The notes under the pieces: model-generated
Database searches by the model: none
What the model was told of the DNA's origin: nothing
The model's input: the letters and a program-made list of their open reading frames with translations, nothing else
Program-made: the position numbers and the translations under genes
Part shown: in pieces, positions 8,655 to 18,099 of the stretch
Position numbering within the stretch: position 1 is the stretch's first letter
Layout: each line of letters begins with the position of its first letter
Source: an uncultured Pseudomonadales bacterium
GTDB lineage: Bacteria > Patescibacteriota > Microgenomatia > UBA1400 > PJMF01
DNA: 64,000 nucleotides
Direction of reading: 5' to 3'
Assembly (NCBI GenBank): GCA_964650185.1
Contig: CAZYRN010000005.1
Location: 18,640-82,639, forward strand

Positions 8655-9744
8655 TGGTACGCTGCATGGCTTGGCTAAAACTAGGTCCGGTAATGTTATG
8701 ACCGCCAGTTTGATATTCAAAAAATTCATACTCTCGCTGCTGTTGTTCCAGCAGTCGAGCTAAATTTTGGCTGTAGCCGACATTGACCACGTCATCATTG
8801 GTGGCGTGATGCAATTGAATAGCAGTCTTAATTTGATCAAGATAATTAGTAGGTGAGACTTGCTGCCAAAACGGACTGGCAGTATCAAACCTGCCATGCT
8901 GCTCAAATAAGCGGGCTCTTTCCTGATTGCGAGTGGAATCATTGCTGGGCCGACGGTATGAGTTATCACTAATGCCATGCTGGGCTAAATCATCATAAGT
9001 AAAGACAGAACCAGCCCAGATCACAGCTGCCGGAATATCAGGCTTAACTGCCAAGCTGCGCAACACCACATTGCCGCCCATGCTATGACCCCACAAGCCT
9101 ACTCTTTCAGGGTTAACAAAATCACTACTTTGGAGGGCGGCATAGGCATTGAGCGTATCAATAATATAATCGCCTGCATAGTAAGCACCTTTAGCCTCTC
9201 CTTCTGATTGACCGTGACCGCGCAGATCAATTTTAAATACCACTAGCCCATTGCTGGCCAAGCTATCCACATAGCTTTCATACTTACTGGTAGTTTGGTA
9301 CTGGGCAGGGGGAATGTAGCCATGAACAAAGACCACTGCCGGCCAGCCGCCAGCTGGCTCTGCTCCATTTGGGATGGTGAGTAGACCGTTAATGGTCAGA
9401 CCATCTGACTCATAACTGGTTAAGTAACTAGTGTAATTAGGCTGGGAGGCAAGAAGTGTTCTCTGGGCAAGTTGGCTACTAAATTCTAGTTGTCGCAAAT
9501 AGGGAATTGTCAGCGAGGCAAATTCTGATTGAGTCAAGGCTGATTGAGATTGATCAGACTGTCCTGGCTCAGCTTTCATCTCCATCATGGTGGCAGGATT
9601 GGCTTGACCAAGTAGCTGGGGTTGATTTGAACTGGCTGTTTTTTGCCAGTAAAACACTCCCCCACTTATTAACGCGATCAGGCAGAGAACCAAAACCAGG
9701 GGAAGTTTAATGAAAGGTGATTTTGATGGCGAACTCATGGTCAT
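8629..9744 (-). CDS. Membrane-anchored alpha/beta hydrolase (S9/dienelactone-hydrolase-like)
   Basis: N-terminal TM. GLWGHSMGG nucleophile elbow (GxSxG). Confidence 0.6.
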   Translation of the reverse strand: MTMSSPSKSPFIKLPLVLVLCLIALISGGVFYWQKTASSNQPQLLGQANPATMMEMKAEPGQSDQSQSALTQSEFASLTIPYLRQLEFSSQLAQRTLLASQPNYTSYLTSYESDGLTINGLLTIPNGAEPAGGWPAVVFVHGYIPPAQYQTTSKYESYVDSLASNGLVVFKIDLRGHGQSEGEAKGAYYAGDYIIDTLNAYAALQSSDFVNPERVGLWGHSMGGNVVLRSLAVKPDIPAAVIWAGSVFTYDDLAQHGISDNSYRRPSNDSTRNQERARLFEQHGRFDTASPFWQQVSPTNYLDQIKTAIQLHHATNDDVVNVGYSQNLARLLEQQQREYEFFEYQTGGHNITGPSFSQAMQRTINFYQQQL

Positions 9745-10880
9745 AGGTCAAGATTCTGTCTCCAAGTCGAGCCTTGGTTATATTTAACAGCCAGCTCTTG
9801 GGCTTGAAGGGCATTTTCAAGTTGATTCCGATCAGAAAAGATTTCAGCACGCAAGGCGTAAAGTTCAGAATATGCCGCATTCTGATCATTAAAAATGGCT
9901 TGCGTCATGGAAAGGACTTGGTCAGACTCACCCAGTTGATAGTAGGCCAAGATTGGCTCAAGCTGATACCACAGTGTGCGGCGCGGCAGCTGAGGGGCGA
10001 CACGTTCGTAATTAACAACTGATTCCTCATAGTCTCCTAAATGATATTGGGCGACAGCTAAGTTGAATCGAGCAGAGGTATCATTAGGATCGGTAGCCAA
10101 TGCTGTCTCTGCTAACTCCGCTGCCAGCTCCCAAGCCCTGTTGGAATCTACTCTTTCTCCTAAAATTGCTTCCGCTACTACCTTTTTTTCTGGTGGCACT
10201 AACACCAGAAATTCGTAGTTAAAATCTTTCCAGAGCTGCAAGTAGTCTGCTTCGGAAAAACTTAAGTTTTTACCCTGTAGAGAGTCATCCTGAATGATTA
10301 TTTTTTCGGACTGGTTATACCCGATCACAACTCGATAGTGACCAATATCATTATTCGGTTCAAGCCAGGTGCGGGTAATGACCGGGATATCTTGGGCGAT
10401 AAACTGCTGTATCAGTTCAATGTCCCCTGCCGGCCGGTGATAAGTCAGTAGATGATGTGTTTCCCCTAACTCTGCCAGCTCTGCTAATGTCACCGACTTA
10501 TCATCATTATTTCCCTGCGGATTTTGATATGGCCGAAGTTCTTGACCAAGTTCAGCTTGAGATTGATTGATGCCGTAGTGTGATAAGGCCATGCTCAATG
10601 AAGCAGGACCGCAATTATTAAAAGTTTGAAAAACGTGGCTGCCGCCAGTCAGAATTTTTTGCGCTGGTATTTCTGGCAAAGGCGTAGTTGAAGGAGCTGG
10701 CGGTTGATTGGCGAGCTGTTCGGTTTGTTGCTGTTGCTTTTGCTGCTGATTATACGATTTTTCAGCAGAAATGATGGGTTGCAACTTGTGAGCAGTTGAC
10801 GAAGTTGAAAATAAATAAAAACTTATTAGGGTGCTGGTGGCAACTGCTAAGATGATAGTTAGAAGTAGTTTTCTTGACAT
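9741..10880 (-). CDS. Peptidase C39-like (papain-fold) domain protein with C-terminal TPR repeats
   Basis: N-terminal TM, Q-rich linker. NNCGPASLSMALSHYG matches the C39-like catalytic Cys region. LAVAQYHLGDYEES is a TPR. Confidence 0.55.
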   Translation of the reverse strand: MSRKLLLTIILAVATSTLISFYLFSTSSTAHKLQPIISAEKSYNQQQKQQQQTEQLANQPPAPSTTPLPEIPAQKILTGGSHVFQTFNNCGPASLSMALSHYGINQSQAELGQELRPYQNPQGNNDDKSVTLAELAELGETHHLLTYHRPAGDIELIQQFIAQDIPVITRTWLEPNNDIGHYRVVIGYNQSEKIIIQDDSLQGKNLSFSEADYLQLWKDFNYEFLVLVPPEKKVVAEAILGERVDSNRAWELAAELAETALATDPNDTSARFNLAVAQYHLGDYEESVVNYERVAPQLPRRTLWYQLEPILAYYQLGESDQVLSMTQAIFNDQNAAYSELYALRAEIFSDRNQLENALQAQELAVKYNQGSTWRQNLDL

Positions 10881-11082
10881 AAAGAGGAGACATTATACAA
10901 ACTCTATGTGAGAGGAATGTATGAAATTCTTTAGAATTTACCGACGAAGTAAGCTTAAGAAATCAGTATTAAGCAGGTAAAAGATACCAGCCGCCTCTTC
11001 TCACACCTGCTACAAATTGATACAATAGTTAAGCTTTTGAAAAATCATGGGTAAGGTATTCCAAAACAAAAAAGATTAAGGA

Positions 11083-11628
11083 GTGTTCATGGCAAAGGAT
11101 CTCAAAGACCTACAAGTAGGAGATCATATTGTGCGTTTTGGCGTAGTGCATCGCATTACAAAAGTAGAGATGGTACCCAACGCAGATGGTGAAGAAGACA
11201 AGATTGTTCATTTTGAGCCGGTGTATAAAAATCGGCGCAATGAGACCTTGCGCTTATCAATTCCTGTCAAGAATTTGAGCGATACGACTATAAGATTGCC
11301 AGAAAATATTACGGCGATACGTAATGAATTGAAGTTTCTTCGTGAAGGTGAGTATGAACCAACCCCATTTAATCGCATCAAGGTGAGAAAAATTATTAAC
11401 ACCAATCAATTGCGTGATGTTACGCAAGTGTTAAAGACGATGTGGGAAGAGAAGCGTGATAAAGATAAAAACTTTACCATTAGCAAACGAAATACATTTT
11501 TGATGGTTATGCGCCGTTTTCAGCAGGAAGTAGCGCACGTTTTAGACATCAGTTTAGAAGAAGCTGAAGAAATGATTACTTCAGCCCTTGATACTGGCTG
11601 GAAGCGTAAATCCAAATCTACTGCCTAA
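11083..11628 (+). CDS. CarD/CdnL-like RNA-polymerase-interacting domain protein
   Basis: GTG start. LQVGDHIVRFGVVHRI...LRLSIPVKN resembles the CarD_CdnL_TRCF N-domain. Helical C-domain. Confidence 0.45.
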   Translation: MFMAKDLKDLQVGDHIVRFGVVHRITKVEMVPNADGEEDKIVHFEPVYKNRRNETLRLSIPVKNLSDTTIRLPENITAIRNELKFLREGEYEPTPFNRIKVRKIINTNQLRDVTQVLKTMWEEKRDKDKNFTISKRNTFLMVMRRFQQEVAHVLDISLEEAEEMITSALDTGWKRKSKSTA

Positions 11629-11665
11629 AATCCTACGAAATTCTCATTTCAGTCTTACAGTGCCG

Positions 11666-11700
11666 CGCTAAAGTTGACTTATTAGTATTAAACTTTAGCG
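11666..11700. promoter_or_regulatory. Perfect 10-bp inverted repeat cgctaaagtt-N15-aactttagcg directly upstream of the RBS/ATG of the acidic protein gene
   Basis: Read directly. Ends 10 nt before ATG 11711. Confidence 0.35.
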
Positions 11701-11710
11701 AAAGGACTTT

Positions 11711-12166
11711 ATGATGTCACTCATGACGACAAAAACCAATTCTAGCTATGGTCCAGGCCGAGATGAGGCTACTCCTCCTCAGGAAAGAGATGAAGACTCA
11801 ATGAGCGGTCACATGCCATATCCTGGTACAGTTCCTAGTACGCTCGATGCCGCTCAAAATGTAGGCTTGTATACCGAGGAAGGTGATGATGAAGACGAGA
11901 TGCCAATGGAGCTTAGCTTGGCTGACCAGGTCAGGCAAGCTGAGCAAGCCAGACGACGTCCTCCTCAGGAAGTTTTAGTAGCTAACACTGAAACAGGAGG
12001 AATGGGCGAGACTGGTGGGATGGACGAAACAGACGAGATGGATGACCTAGGAGAGAGTGAAGATGAGATGGAAGATGGTGAGCTGGGTGATGTGGGGATA
12101 ACGGGTGAGGATGAGATGGGCGATGATCTGGCTGATGACGAGGATCTAGCTGATACTACTTTGTGA
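11711..12166 (+). CDS. Highly acidic (D/E-rich) low-complexity protein with ETGGMGETGGMDETDEMDD repeats
   Basis: Open frame with strong compositional bias. No motifs. Confidence 0.4.
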   Translation: MMSLMTTKTNSSYGPGRDEATPPQERDEDSMSGHMPYPGTVPSTLDAAQNVGLYTEEGDDEDEMPMELSLADQVRQAEQARRRPPQEVLVANTETGGMGETGGMDETDEMDDLGESEDEMEDGELGDVGITGEDEMGDDLADDEDLADTTL

Positions 12167-12192
12167 AGTCAAACCAGTAGTACAATACCTTC

Positions 12193-12630
12193 ATGATCCA
12201 AGATCGTTCATATGGGATTATTCCCATCTATCATGAAGGCAACAAATTGGAGTTTTTACTCACTCAGCATCACCATGGACATTGGGCTTTTCCTAAAGGA
12301 CATGCCGAAGATGGTGAAACTCCTCTGGCAGCGGCGCAGCGAGAGTTTGAGGAAGAAACCGGTATTAGCAGCTATCGCTTGTTTCAGCCGGAAGTGACTT
12401 TTGAAGAACACTATGTCTTTCAGCGGGCCGACGGTATGGTAGAGAAGACAGTGGTTTTTTATCCAGCTTGGGTGAGAGATCAGCGGGTTGAGCCGCAAGA
12501 GGAGGAAGTGCAGGCCTATGGCTGGTTTAATTATCGTGATGCCAGAGACAAGCTGACTTTTCCTGCCGGTAAAAAAGTTCTTCGCGAGTTCAAAAAATAT
12601 CTTGACTCTTCAAATCTCTTAGATCTGTAA
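12193..12630 (+). CDS. NUDIX hydrolase (Ap4A-hydrolase-like)
   Basis: Nudix box GHWAFPKGHAEDGETPLAAAQREFEEETGI. Confidence 0.7.
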   Translation: MIQDRSYGIIPIYHEGNKLEFLLTQHHHGHWAFPKGHAEDGETPLAAAQREFEEETGISSYRLFQPEVTFEEHYVFQRADGMVEKTVVFYPAWVRDQRVEPQEEEVQAYGWFNYRDARDKLTFPAGKKVLREFKKYLDSSNLLDL

Positions 12631-13312
12631 TCCAGCTAGAGCAAAATTCAGTTGGAGACATTACCGCTAAATTAAGCTGATGAAAATTTTTCAAACTGAC
12701 AAAATGTTGAAGAGGTGCTTCCTGGCAAAGAATATCTCCATGGATTAAGTATTTCTCTCCGCTGTCCAATACAGCTGGGACAGATAGATGATCTTGTTGG
12801 AAAGTTTGCAGATTGGCCAGTTCTTCTTGAAGAACTAATTGTGGATTGTCTTTAAACTTTTGTGCTGTGCAAAATTCATGCTCTGCTTCCCAAATTTGGA
12901 CCACTGGCTTCGTTTCAGCAGCTAGCTCTAAACACTCATTAGTAATTTTTAAGTTATCTAACTCGAAAATCATGTTGGGTTTAGCACCAGAGGTGTAGGT
13001 TCGATCTATTAGCTGTTGATTCTTCTCAATTTCCTCTCTCACCTTTTCTAACTTTTCAGCATTTAAAGAGTTTTCATAGATAAGGTAATTCAAAAAGAAC
13101 ATGTCTGGTTCTGAGGTATAAACCACAACCTTTTGATCTCCTTGTTCCTGTGATAACCGAGAATATCTAGCAATAATTCTATTATCAAATGTGCCAGCAT
13201 CCAGATGAGTAATTGGATAACGATAGAAATATTGATAGCTAAAATTTGCGACACTCAATAAATAAAGACTGATAGTCATCCACCTCAGCAAAGGTTTATC
13301 CCAGCCGCCCAA
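12590..13312 (-). CDS. Hypothetical protein, N-terminal TM then soluble domain (possibly the C-terminal part of a split membrane glycosyltransferase)
   Basis: ORF only. Overlaps the upstream membrane ORF in a different frame. Confidence 0.3.
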   Translation of the reverse strand: MGGWDKPLLRWMTISLYLLSVANFSYQYFYRYPITHLDAGTFDNRIIARYSRLSQEQGDQKVVVYTSEPDMFFLNYLIYENSLNAEKLEKVREEIEKNQQLIDRTYTSGAKPNMIFELDNLKITNECLELAAETKPVVQIWEAEHEFCTAQKFKDNPQLVLQEELANLQTFQQDHLSVPAVLDSGEKYLIHGDILCQEAPLQHFVSLKNFHQLNLAVMSPTEFCSSWITDLRDLKSQDIF

Positions 13313-13754
13313 ACTGCCAAATTAATGGACTGATGGCAGTTATCGCGGTAGAAATCAATGCTAAAGTACGATCTTTCCACAAGCCCCACATCAACCAACC
13401 AATCAATAATGGCAGGAGGAAGCTCATCACCGCTGAGGAAAAATGGGTGGCCAATAAGCCATTCTCAGTGACAAAAAAACCTAGACTCATGACGGTGGCA
13501 GGCAATTCAGCAAATTTGGGATGAATTGGTTTCAGCTGCCAGGGTTTGTTATTCATTAATCCCAGACCGGAAATTGCATATGCTTTAGCATTACTCGCAT
13601 AGACCACCTCATCATGAGGAATAGAAGCTGGCAAGACAGATAATAAATAAAAGCGAGACCAAATTAAAAATATTAAAAAAAGACCTCCCATGAGGACGTC
13701 CTTAAAGCGTAACAACTTAATAAAGTTAACGAGTTGGGAAAGCTGCATGTTCAC
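13296..13754 (-). CDS. Polytopic membrane protein resembling the N-terminal part of a GT-C glycosyltransferase (PMT/ArnT-like)
   Basis: ~4 TM, first-loop PHDEVVYA (DE motif). Too short for a complete GT-C enzyme. Confidence 0.35.
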   Translation of the reverse strand: MNMQLSQLVNFIKLLRFKDVLMGGLFLIFLIWSRFYLLSVLPASIPHDEVVYASNAKAYAISGLGLMNNKPWQLKPIHPKFAELPATVMSLGFFVTENGLLATHFSSAVMSFLLPLLIGWLMWGLWKDRTLALISTAITAISPLIWQFGRLG

Positions 13755-13797
13755 ATCATAGCAGAAGCGGTTGTTTATGAGTGAGAGTTGGAAAAAC

Positions 13798-14574
13798 TCA
13801 AACCACCAGCGGCCAATCTAATGTAGGAGTTAAAATTTCTGGTTTTTTGCCGACTACCACCATATATTCAAACATCACCCCTTTACTGCCATCAACAGTT
13901 TTTACAGTCCAGCCGTTATCTGTCACATAAACGCGGTCATCTCCGGGAACTACCTGATCTTCAACACAGATGACCATCCCTTCACGCAAAATTTGACCAG
14001 TTTTGGGTCGGCCAAACGCAGGAATTTCAGGTTCCTCATGCAGACTATGGCCAATGCCATGACCAACATATTGCTTGAGCACATCAAAACCTGCGCGATA
14101 GGCAGTGCGATGCATGACATAACCAATATCGCCTGTTCGATTACCAGGAATTGCAGCTTTAATGCCCAGTAGGACTGACTCCTTGCCGATCTGAAGCAGT
14201 TTCATATCTTCAGCAGACACTTCTTTTACTCCCACAGTGACACACTGATCAGTAAATAAGCCTTGATAAACAATGCCAAAATCGAGCTTAACCAAATCTC
14301 CCACTGCCAAAGCCCGACTGCGATCAGGGATTCCGTGCAGAATTTCATCATTAACAGCAATGCAGCTGTGATGCTGGTAGGTTAAGCCAGCCTGCTTCAC
14401 TCCCTTAAATGCAGCTCTCACCCCATACTCCTGACAGAGTTTTCCAGCCAGCTCATCCAGTTCATTGGGAAACACTCCAGGAGCCACTCGATCCCGCAGT
14501 TGCGCTAGAATTTCAGTCGCAATTCGGGCTGCTTCTCGATAAGCGGTGAGTTGTTGATGAGAATTAATGATCAT
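13798..14574 (-). CDS. map: Methionine aminopeptidase type I
   Basis: M24 fold motifs including the metal-ligand region HGIGHSLHEEP. Confidence 0.8.
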   Translation of the reverse strand: MIINSHQQLTAYREAARIATEILAQLRDRVAPGVFPNELDELAGKLCQEYGVRAAFKGVKQAGLTYQHHSCIAVNDEILHGIPDRSRALAVGDLVKLDFGIVYQGLFTDQCVTVGVKEVSAEDMKLLQIGKESVLLGIKAAIPGNRTGDIGYVMHRTAYRAGFDVLKQYVGHGIGHSLHEEPEIPAFGRPKTGQILREGMVICVEDQVVPGDDRVYVTDNGWTVKTVDGSKGVMFEYMVVVGKKPEILTPTLDWPLVV

Positions 14575-14588
14575 GTTGAGAGTACCGC

Positions 14589-15812
14589 TTAATCTTGATA
14601 AAAGGTGAACTGTCCATTTTGATAAATAATTAACTCAGTACCATCCTGAAGGGTGGCGGTCACAGTACGATCAGTAGTGCTGACGATATCAGTGTGTTCA
14701 GCTGAGTCGTTATAGCCAAGTTTTTCCCAGTCTGCAGTTGAGAGTTGGGCTGGGTCACCTCTAAAACAATCTTTATAGGCTCGGCCTAAAGCAAGATGAG
14801 TGTTACCAAATGGTCCGCCAATATTTTCATCGTAGAGTGTTTCTGCCATGACGTGGGTAATGCGGGACATCCGGGCGTCAGTTAAAGAGTACTCACCGAT
14901 CTTGTTGGCATTGGGGCTTTTAATCATCTGCTGCAAAAATTTATTGCCAGTTCTGGCTTTAGCCTTGACGACGATGCCATTTTTAAACTCTAGATAAACA
15001 TCACTAATGACATTGCCATAACGATAGAGAGGCTGATTAAATTTAATCCAGCCGTTGGTGCCGCGCCAATCAGGTGAAGTAAAGAACTCGAAACTGGGAA
15101 TATTGCGGCCGCTGCCGCCGTTCCATAATCTTTCAGGTCCTAGTTTGACCGTAAGATCGACATCCTCACCTTTAATTTCCAATTTATCTATGATTAGCTC
15201 ATTTAAAGTATCTTTTATCGCCGACTGCATCTTAAAGATCCGCCGCCACTCGGAAATTGGATCTTCTTTATCAAGGAAACAAGCCTGGATGATCTGCTGC
15301 CAGTACTTTCGGTAGCTTAACCCCACCACTGCTGCTTTTGCGGGCACACCCCATAAAGCTAAGGTCCAGGTAAAATTACCGCGATTTTCTTTGGCATCCC
15401 GCCAGTCGATATACGGTTTTTTAGCATCTCGAGCCAGGATAATTTTCTGGGGATCAACACCTTTCAGCTCGTAAGGATCTGGATCAGCGATAATACCTAT
15501 TTGGTGATCAAATAAATTAACTTTTTCCTTAAGATATTTGTCGGGAAAGAATGTCAGTTGCTCGCGGTTAGCTAGTTCATAAAATGATCGGTCAAAGCCA
15601 GTGGGCAGCAATCTTATCATTGGTTGAGCGCCAGCTTGCAAGAGAACTTTTTGTAAGGCTAAAGCTAAAGGTTTGGCGACATCTGGGACAACCACTTCAA
15701 CCACCTGACCTTTGGTTACACCCTGACCAGAATTGAGTGCAAAATTCACCAGTACATCAGCATACCGATATAAAATTTTGGCACTGGGTTGGTAATCTCG
15801 AGTTTGTTTCAT
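14589..15812 (-). CDS. M29-family aminopeptidase (AmpS/PepS-like)
   Basis: ~407 aa. Overall similarity pattern to thermophilic aminopeptidase T/PepS. Confidence 0.55.
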   Translation of the reverse strand: MKQTRDYQPSAKILYRYADVLVNFALNSGQGVTKGQVVEVVVPDVAKPLALALQKVLLQAGAQPMIRLLPTGFDRSFYELANREQLTFFPDKYLKEKVNLFDHQIGIIADPDPYELKGVDPQKIILARDAKKPYIDWRDAKENRGNFTWTLALWGVPAKAAVVGLSYRKYWQQIIQACFLDKEDPISEWRRIFKMQSAIKDTLNELIIDKLEIKGEDVDLTVKLGPERLWNGGSGRNIPSFEFFTSPDWRGTNGWIKFNQPLYRYGNVISDVYLEFKNGIVVKAKARTGNKFLQQMIKSPNANKIGEYSLTDARMSRITHVMAETLYDENIGGPFGNTHLALGRAYKDCFRGDPAQLSTADWEKLGYNDSAEHTDIVSTTDRTVTATLQDGTELIIYQNGQFTFYQD

Positions 15813-15888
15813 ACGGAACTATTGTACACCGCCTAATCTTGCTCACAACCAGTTAGAAGTGAAGCTCGGCTACAGTGTGACTGATAAT

Positions 15889-16821
15889 TCAAGTGGTTTG
15901 CTGAAGCTGTTGGCAAATTTCTTCTTGCCAGGACTTGATTTTAAAACCAATGAAAACTAATTGGGAAGGTCTAAAGCCTAAGTTGGGCGGTGGCTGATCT
16001 AGCTCCGTTCTTGAGCCCACTTTATTAACTATCCGCATCTGTTCATTGGTTAGTTGGACGAAGCCTTTCACTCGAAACACTTGTTTGGGTAGATTAGCCA
16101 TCATCTCCAAAAACTTCTCTTCACTAATTGGCTGCTGCAGTGAGCAAGTGAAAGTCTCAATTTGTTCATCTGCCAAATGATGAGCGTGGTCGGATTTATC
16201 ATGATTAGCAGCGAGTAAGACATCAAGTTTAGTAGTACTCAGACCAAAAATAGCCTCGGGATTAACTTTCCCGGCTGGGGCTTCAATGATGGGTGAGTGA
16301 TTATTTAGTTCACGAACATAACCTACTACGGCTCGTTTTTGATCTAAATCAACTTGCTCAACTTTATTAAAAACAATTAAATCGGTAAAACTGGCTTGAC
16401 GCTGGGCGGTTAAACTTAAATCAGTGTAGCCTTGAAAATTAATGACATCAACTACACTAATTACTCCATCTCGATATAAATCAGGGTGGGAAGACACCAT
16501 TAACGCAATAGCAGACGGATCAGCTGCTCCCGAAGCCTCAATGATAATTCGATCTGGGTGATAGGTTTGAACAATCTCTTCGGCAGCAGCTATAAATGGC
16601 CCAACTAAGGTACAACAGATACAGCCATTCAATAGCTCGCGGCTGATGATATTTTCTCCAGCCATCAGTTTTGCATCGACATCTACCTCACCAATCTCAT
16701 TTTTGATATAGATGACTTGATGATCAGTGGCTTGCAAATGTTCAATTAAGGGCAGAATAATGGTTGATTTGCCTGAGCCGAGGAATCCAGTGAAAATAGT
16801 GGTTGGCACTGAAATTGACAT
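15889..16821 (-). CDS. CobW/COG0523-family GTPase (putative metal chaperone)
   Basis: P-loop GFLGSGKST, GCICCTL (CxCC) motif, CobW C-terminal domain. Confidence 0.7.
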   Translation of the reverse strand: MSISVPTTIFTGFLGSGKSTIILPLIEHLQATDHQVIYIKNEIGEVDVDAKLMAGENIISRELLNGCICCTLVGPFIAAAEEIVQTYHPDRIIIEASGAADPSAIALMVSSHPDLYRDGVISVVDVINFQGYTDLSLTAQRQASFTDLIVFNKVEQVDLDQKRAVVGYVRELNNHSPIIEAPAGKVNPEAIFGLSTTKLDVLLAANHDKSDHAHHLADEQIETFTCSLQQPISEEKFLEMMANLPKQVFRVKGFVQLTNEQMRIVNKVGSRTELDQPPPNLGFRPSQLVFIGFKIKSWQEEICQQLQQTT

Positions 16822-16830
16822 ATTTATAGC

Positions 16831-17607
16831 TTAGCCAACATAAATCAACTGCGCAAAGCGGGTTTTTTTAAATTGATCCTGATGAATATGTAATTTAAAG
16901 TCAGTCAGGGGAAGTTGCTGAATCAAAAAAGTATGAGAGTGCAAGTAATCTATTTCCAGCCAAATTTCACTGTTAAGCTGCAGATGAGGCGGAGCCTGAA
17001 TCAACAGCTCCCGAATGTATTTAAGCCCGTCTTCACCGCCATCCAGAGCTAGGTGTGGTTCATAATCTTTAACCGAGCTTTCAAGATAAGGAATTCTGTC
17101 ACTGGGAATGTAAGGCAGATTGGCTAAAATCAGATCAAACTTGAGATCGGTGGGAAATTCCTTTAGTAAGTCAGAGACAAGAAATTCAGCAGACAGTTGG
17201 TCGCCAATCAGCTGCTGCCAGTTATGCTGAGCGAGAGTGATAGCTGGTGCGGAAAGATCACTCAGCCAAAATTTTCCAGCCAATCCTTTTTCCAGAAGTA
17301 AGCTGGCTAAAGAAATGCCGATGACGCCGCTGCCAGTGCCGAGATCAGCAATGGTTGGGGCAGGCTGGCTTGGTTTAGCTGCTGCCTTGGCCTCAACTCT
17401 TGATAAGCCTAGCTCAACTAAAAGCTCAGTTTCAACCCTGGGAATTAAAACTTGATCGTTAATATCAAAGACTTTTCCGCCAAATTCAACTTTGCCAGTA
17501 ATGTATTCGACTGGCATCTCTCCACACTTGGCAAGATCGATGGTTGCTGCTCCAAAGCGGCGGAGATGAGTTTCTTCGTAGGGGCTAAGTTGTCGAGTCA
17601 CTGCCAA
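16831..17607 (-). CDS. prmC: Release factor glutamine N5-methyltransferase PrmC/HemK
   Basis: SAM motif DLGTGSGVIGISLA and NLPYIP (NPPY-type) motif. Confidence 0.7.
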   Translation of the reverse strand: MAVTRQLSPYEETHLRRFGAATIDLAKCGEMPVEYITGKVEFGGKVFDINDQVLIPRVETELLVELGLSRVEAKAAAKPSQPAPTIADLGTGSGVIGISLASLLLEKGLAGKFWLSDLSAPAITLAQHNWQQLIGDQLSAEFLVSDLLKEFPTDLKFDLILANLPYIPSDRIPYLESSVKDYEPHLALDGGEDGLKYIRELLIQAPPHLQLNSEIWLEIDYLHSHTFLIQQLPLTDFKLHIHQDQFKKTRFAQLIYVG

Positions 17608-17661
17608 GAATCATATCATGCGTGCTAAAATTAAGATGCAAGATTACTTGAAAGGAAAATT

Positions 17662-18099
17662 ATGTCACTTAAAGAACAACTGGTTGAAGAGATGAAGCAG
17701 GCGATGAAGTCCGGAGATAAAGTGAGGCTGGAAGTGATTCGTTATTTAAGGTCTATCATTCAAAATTATGAAATAGATCATGGCGAGCAGGAGGATGAAG
17801 GTGTGCAGCGTTTAGTTGCACAACAGGTGAAGCAATCAAAAGAGGCCATTGCTGAATTTAAAAAAGGTGAGCGCCAGGATTTAGTGGATGCAGAAGAGGC
17901 CAAGCTGGCAGTTTTAATGGAATACTTACCAGCACAACAAAGTGATGAAGAGCTAGAGCAGGTAGTGAGAAAAGTTATTGCTGACACTGGGGCAGATCAG
18001 CCTGGGCCAATCATTGGCCAGGTCATGGCTAAAGTTAAAGGTCAGGCGGATGGGGGCAGAGTAGCCCAACTGGTCAATCAGATTTTGCATGAAAACTAA
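17662..18099 (+). CDS. GatB/YqeY domain protein
   Basis: MSLKEQL...MKSGDK...YLRS...EYLP pattern of the YqeY family. Confidence 0.6.
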   Translation: MSLKEQLVEEMKQAMKSGDKVRLEVIRYLRSIIQNYEIDHGEQEDEGVQRLVAQQVKQSKEAIAEFKKGERQDLVDAEEAKLAVLMEYLPAQQSDEELEQVVRKVIADTGADQPGPIIGQVMAKVKGQADGGRVAQLVNQILHEN

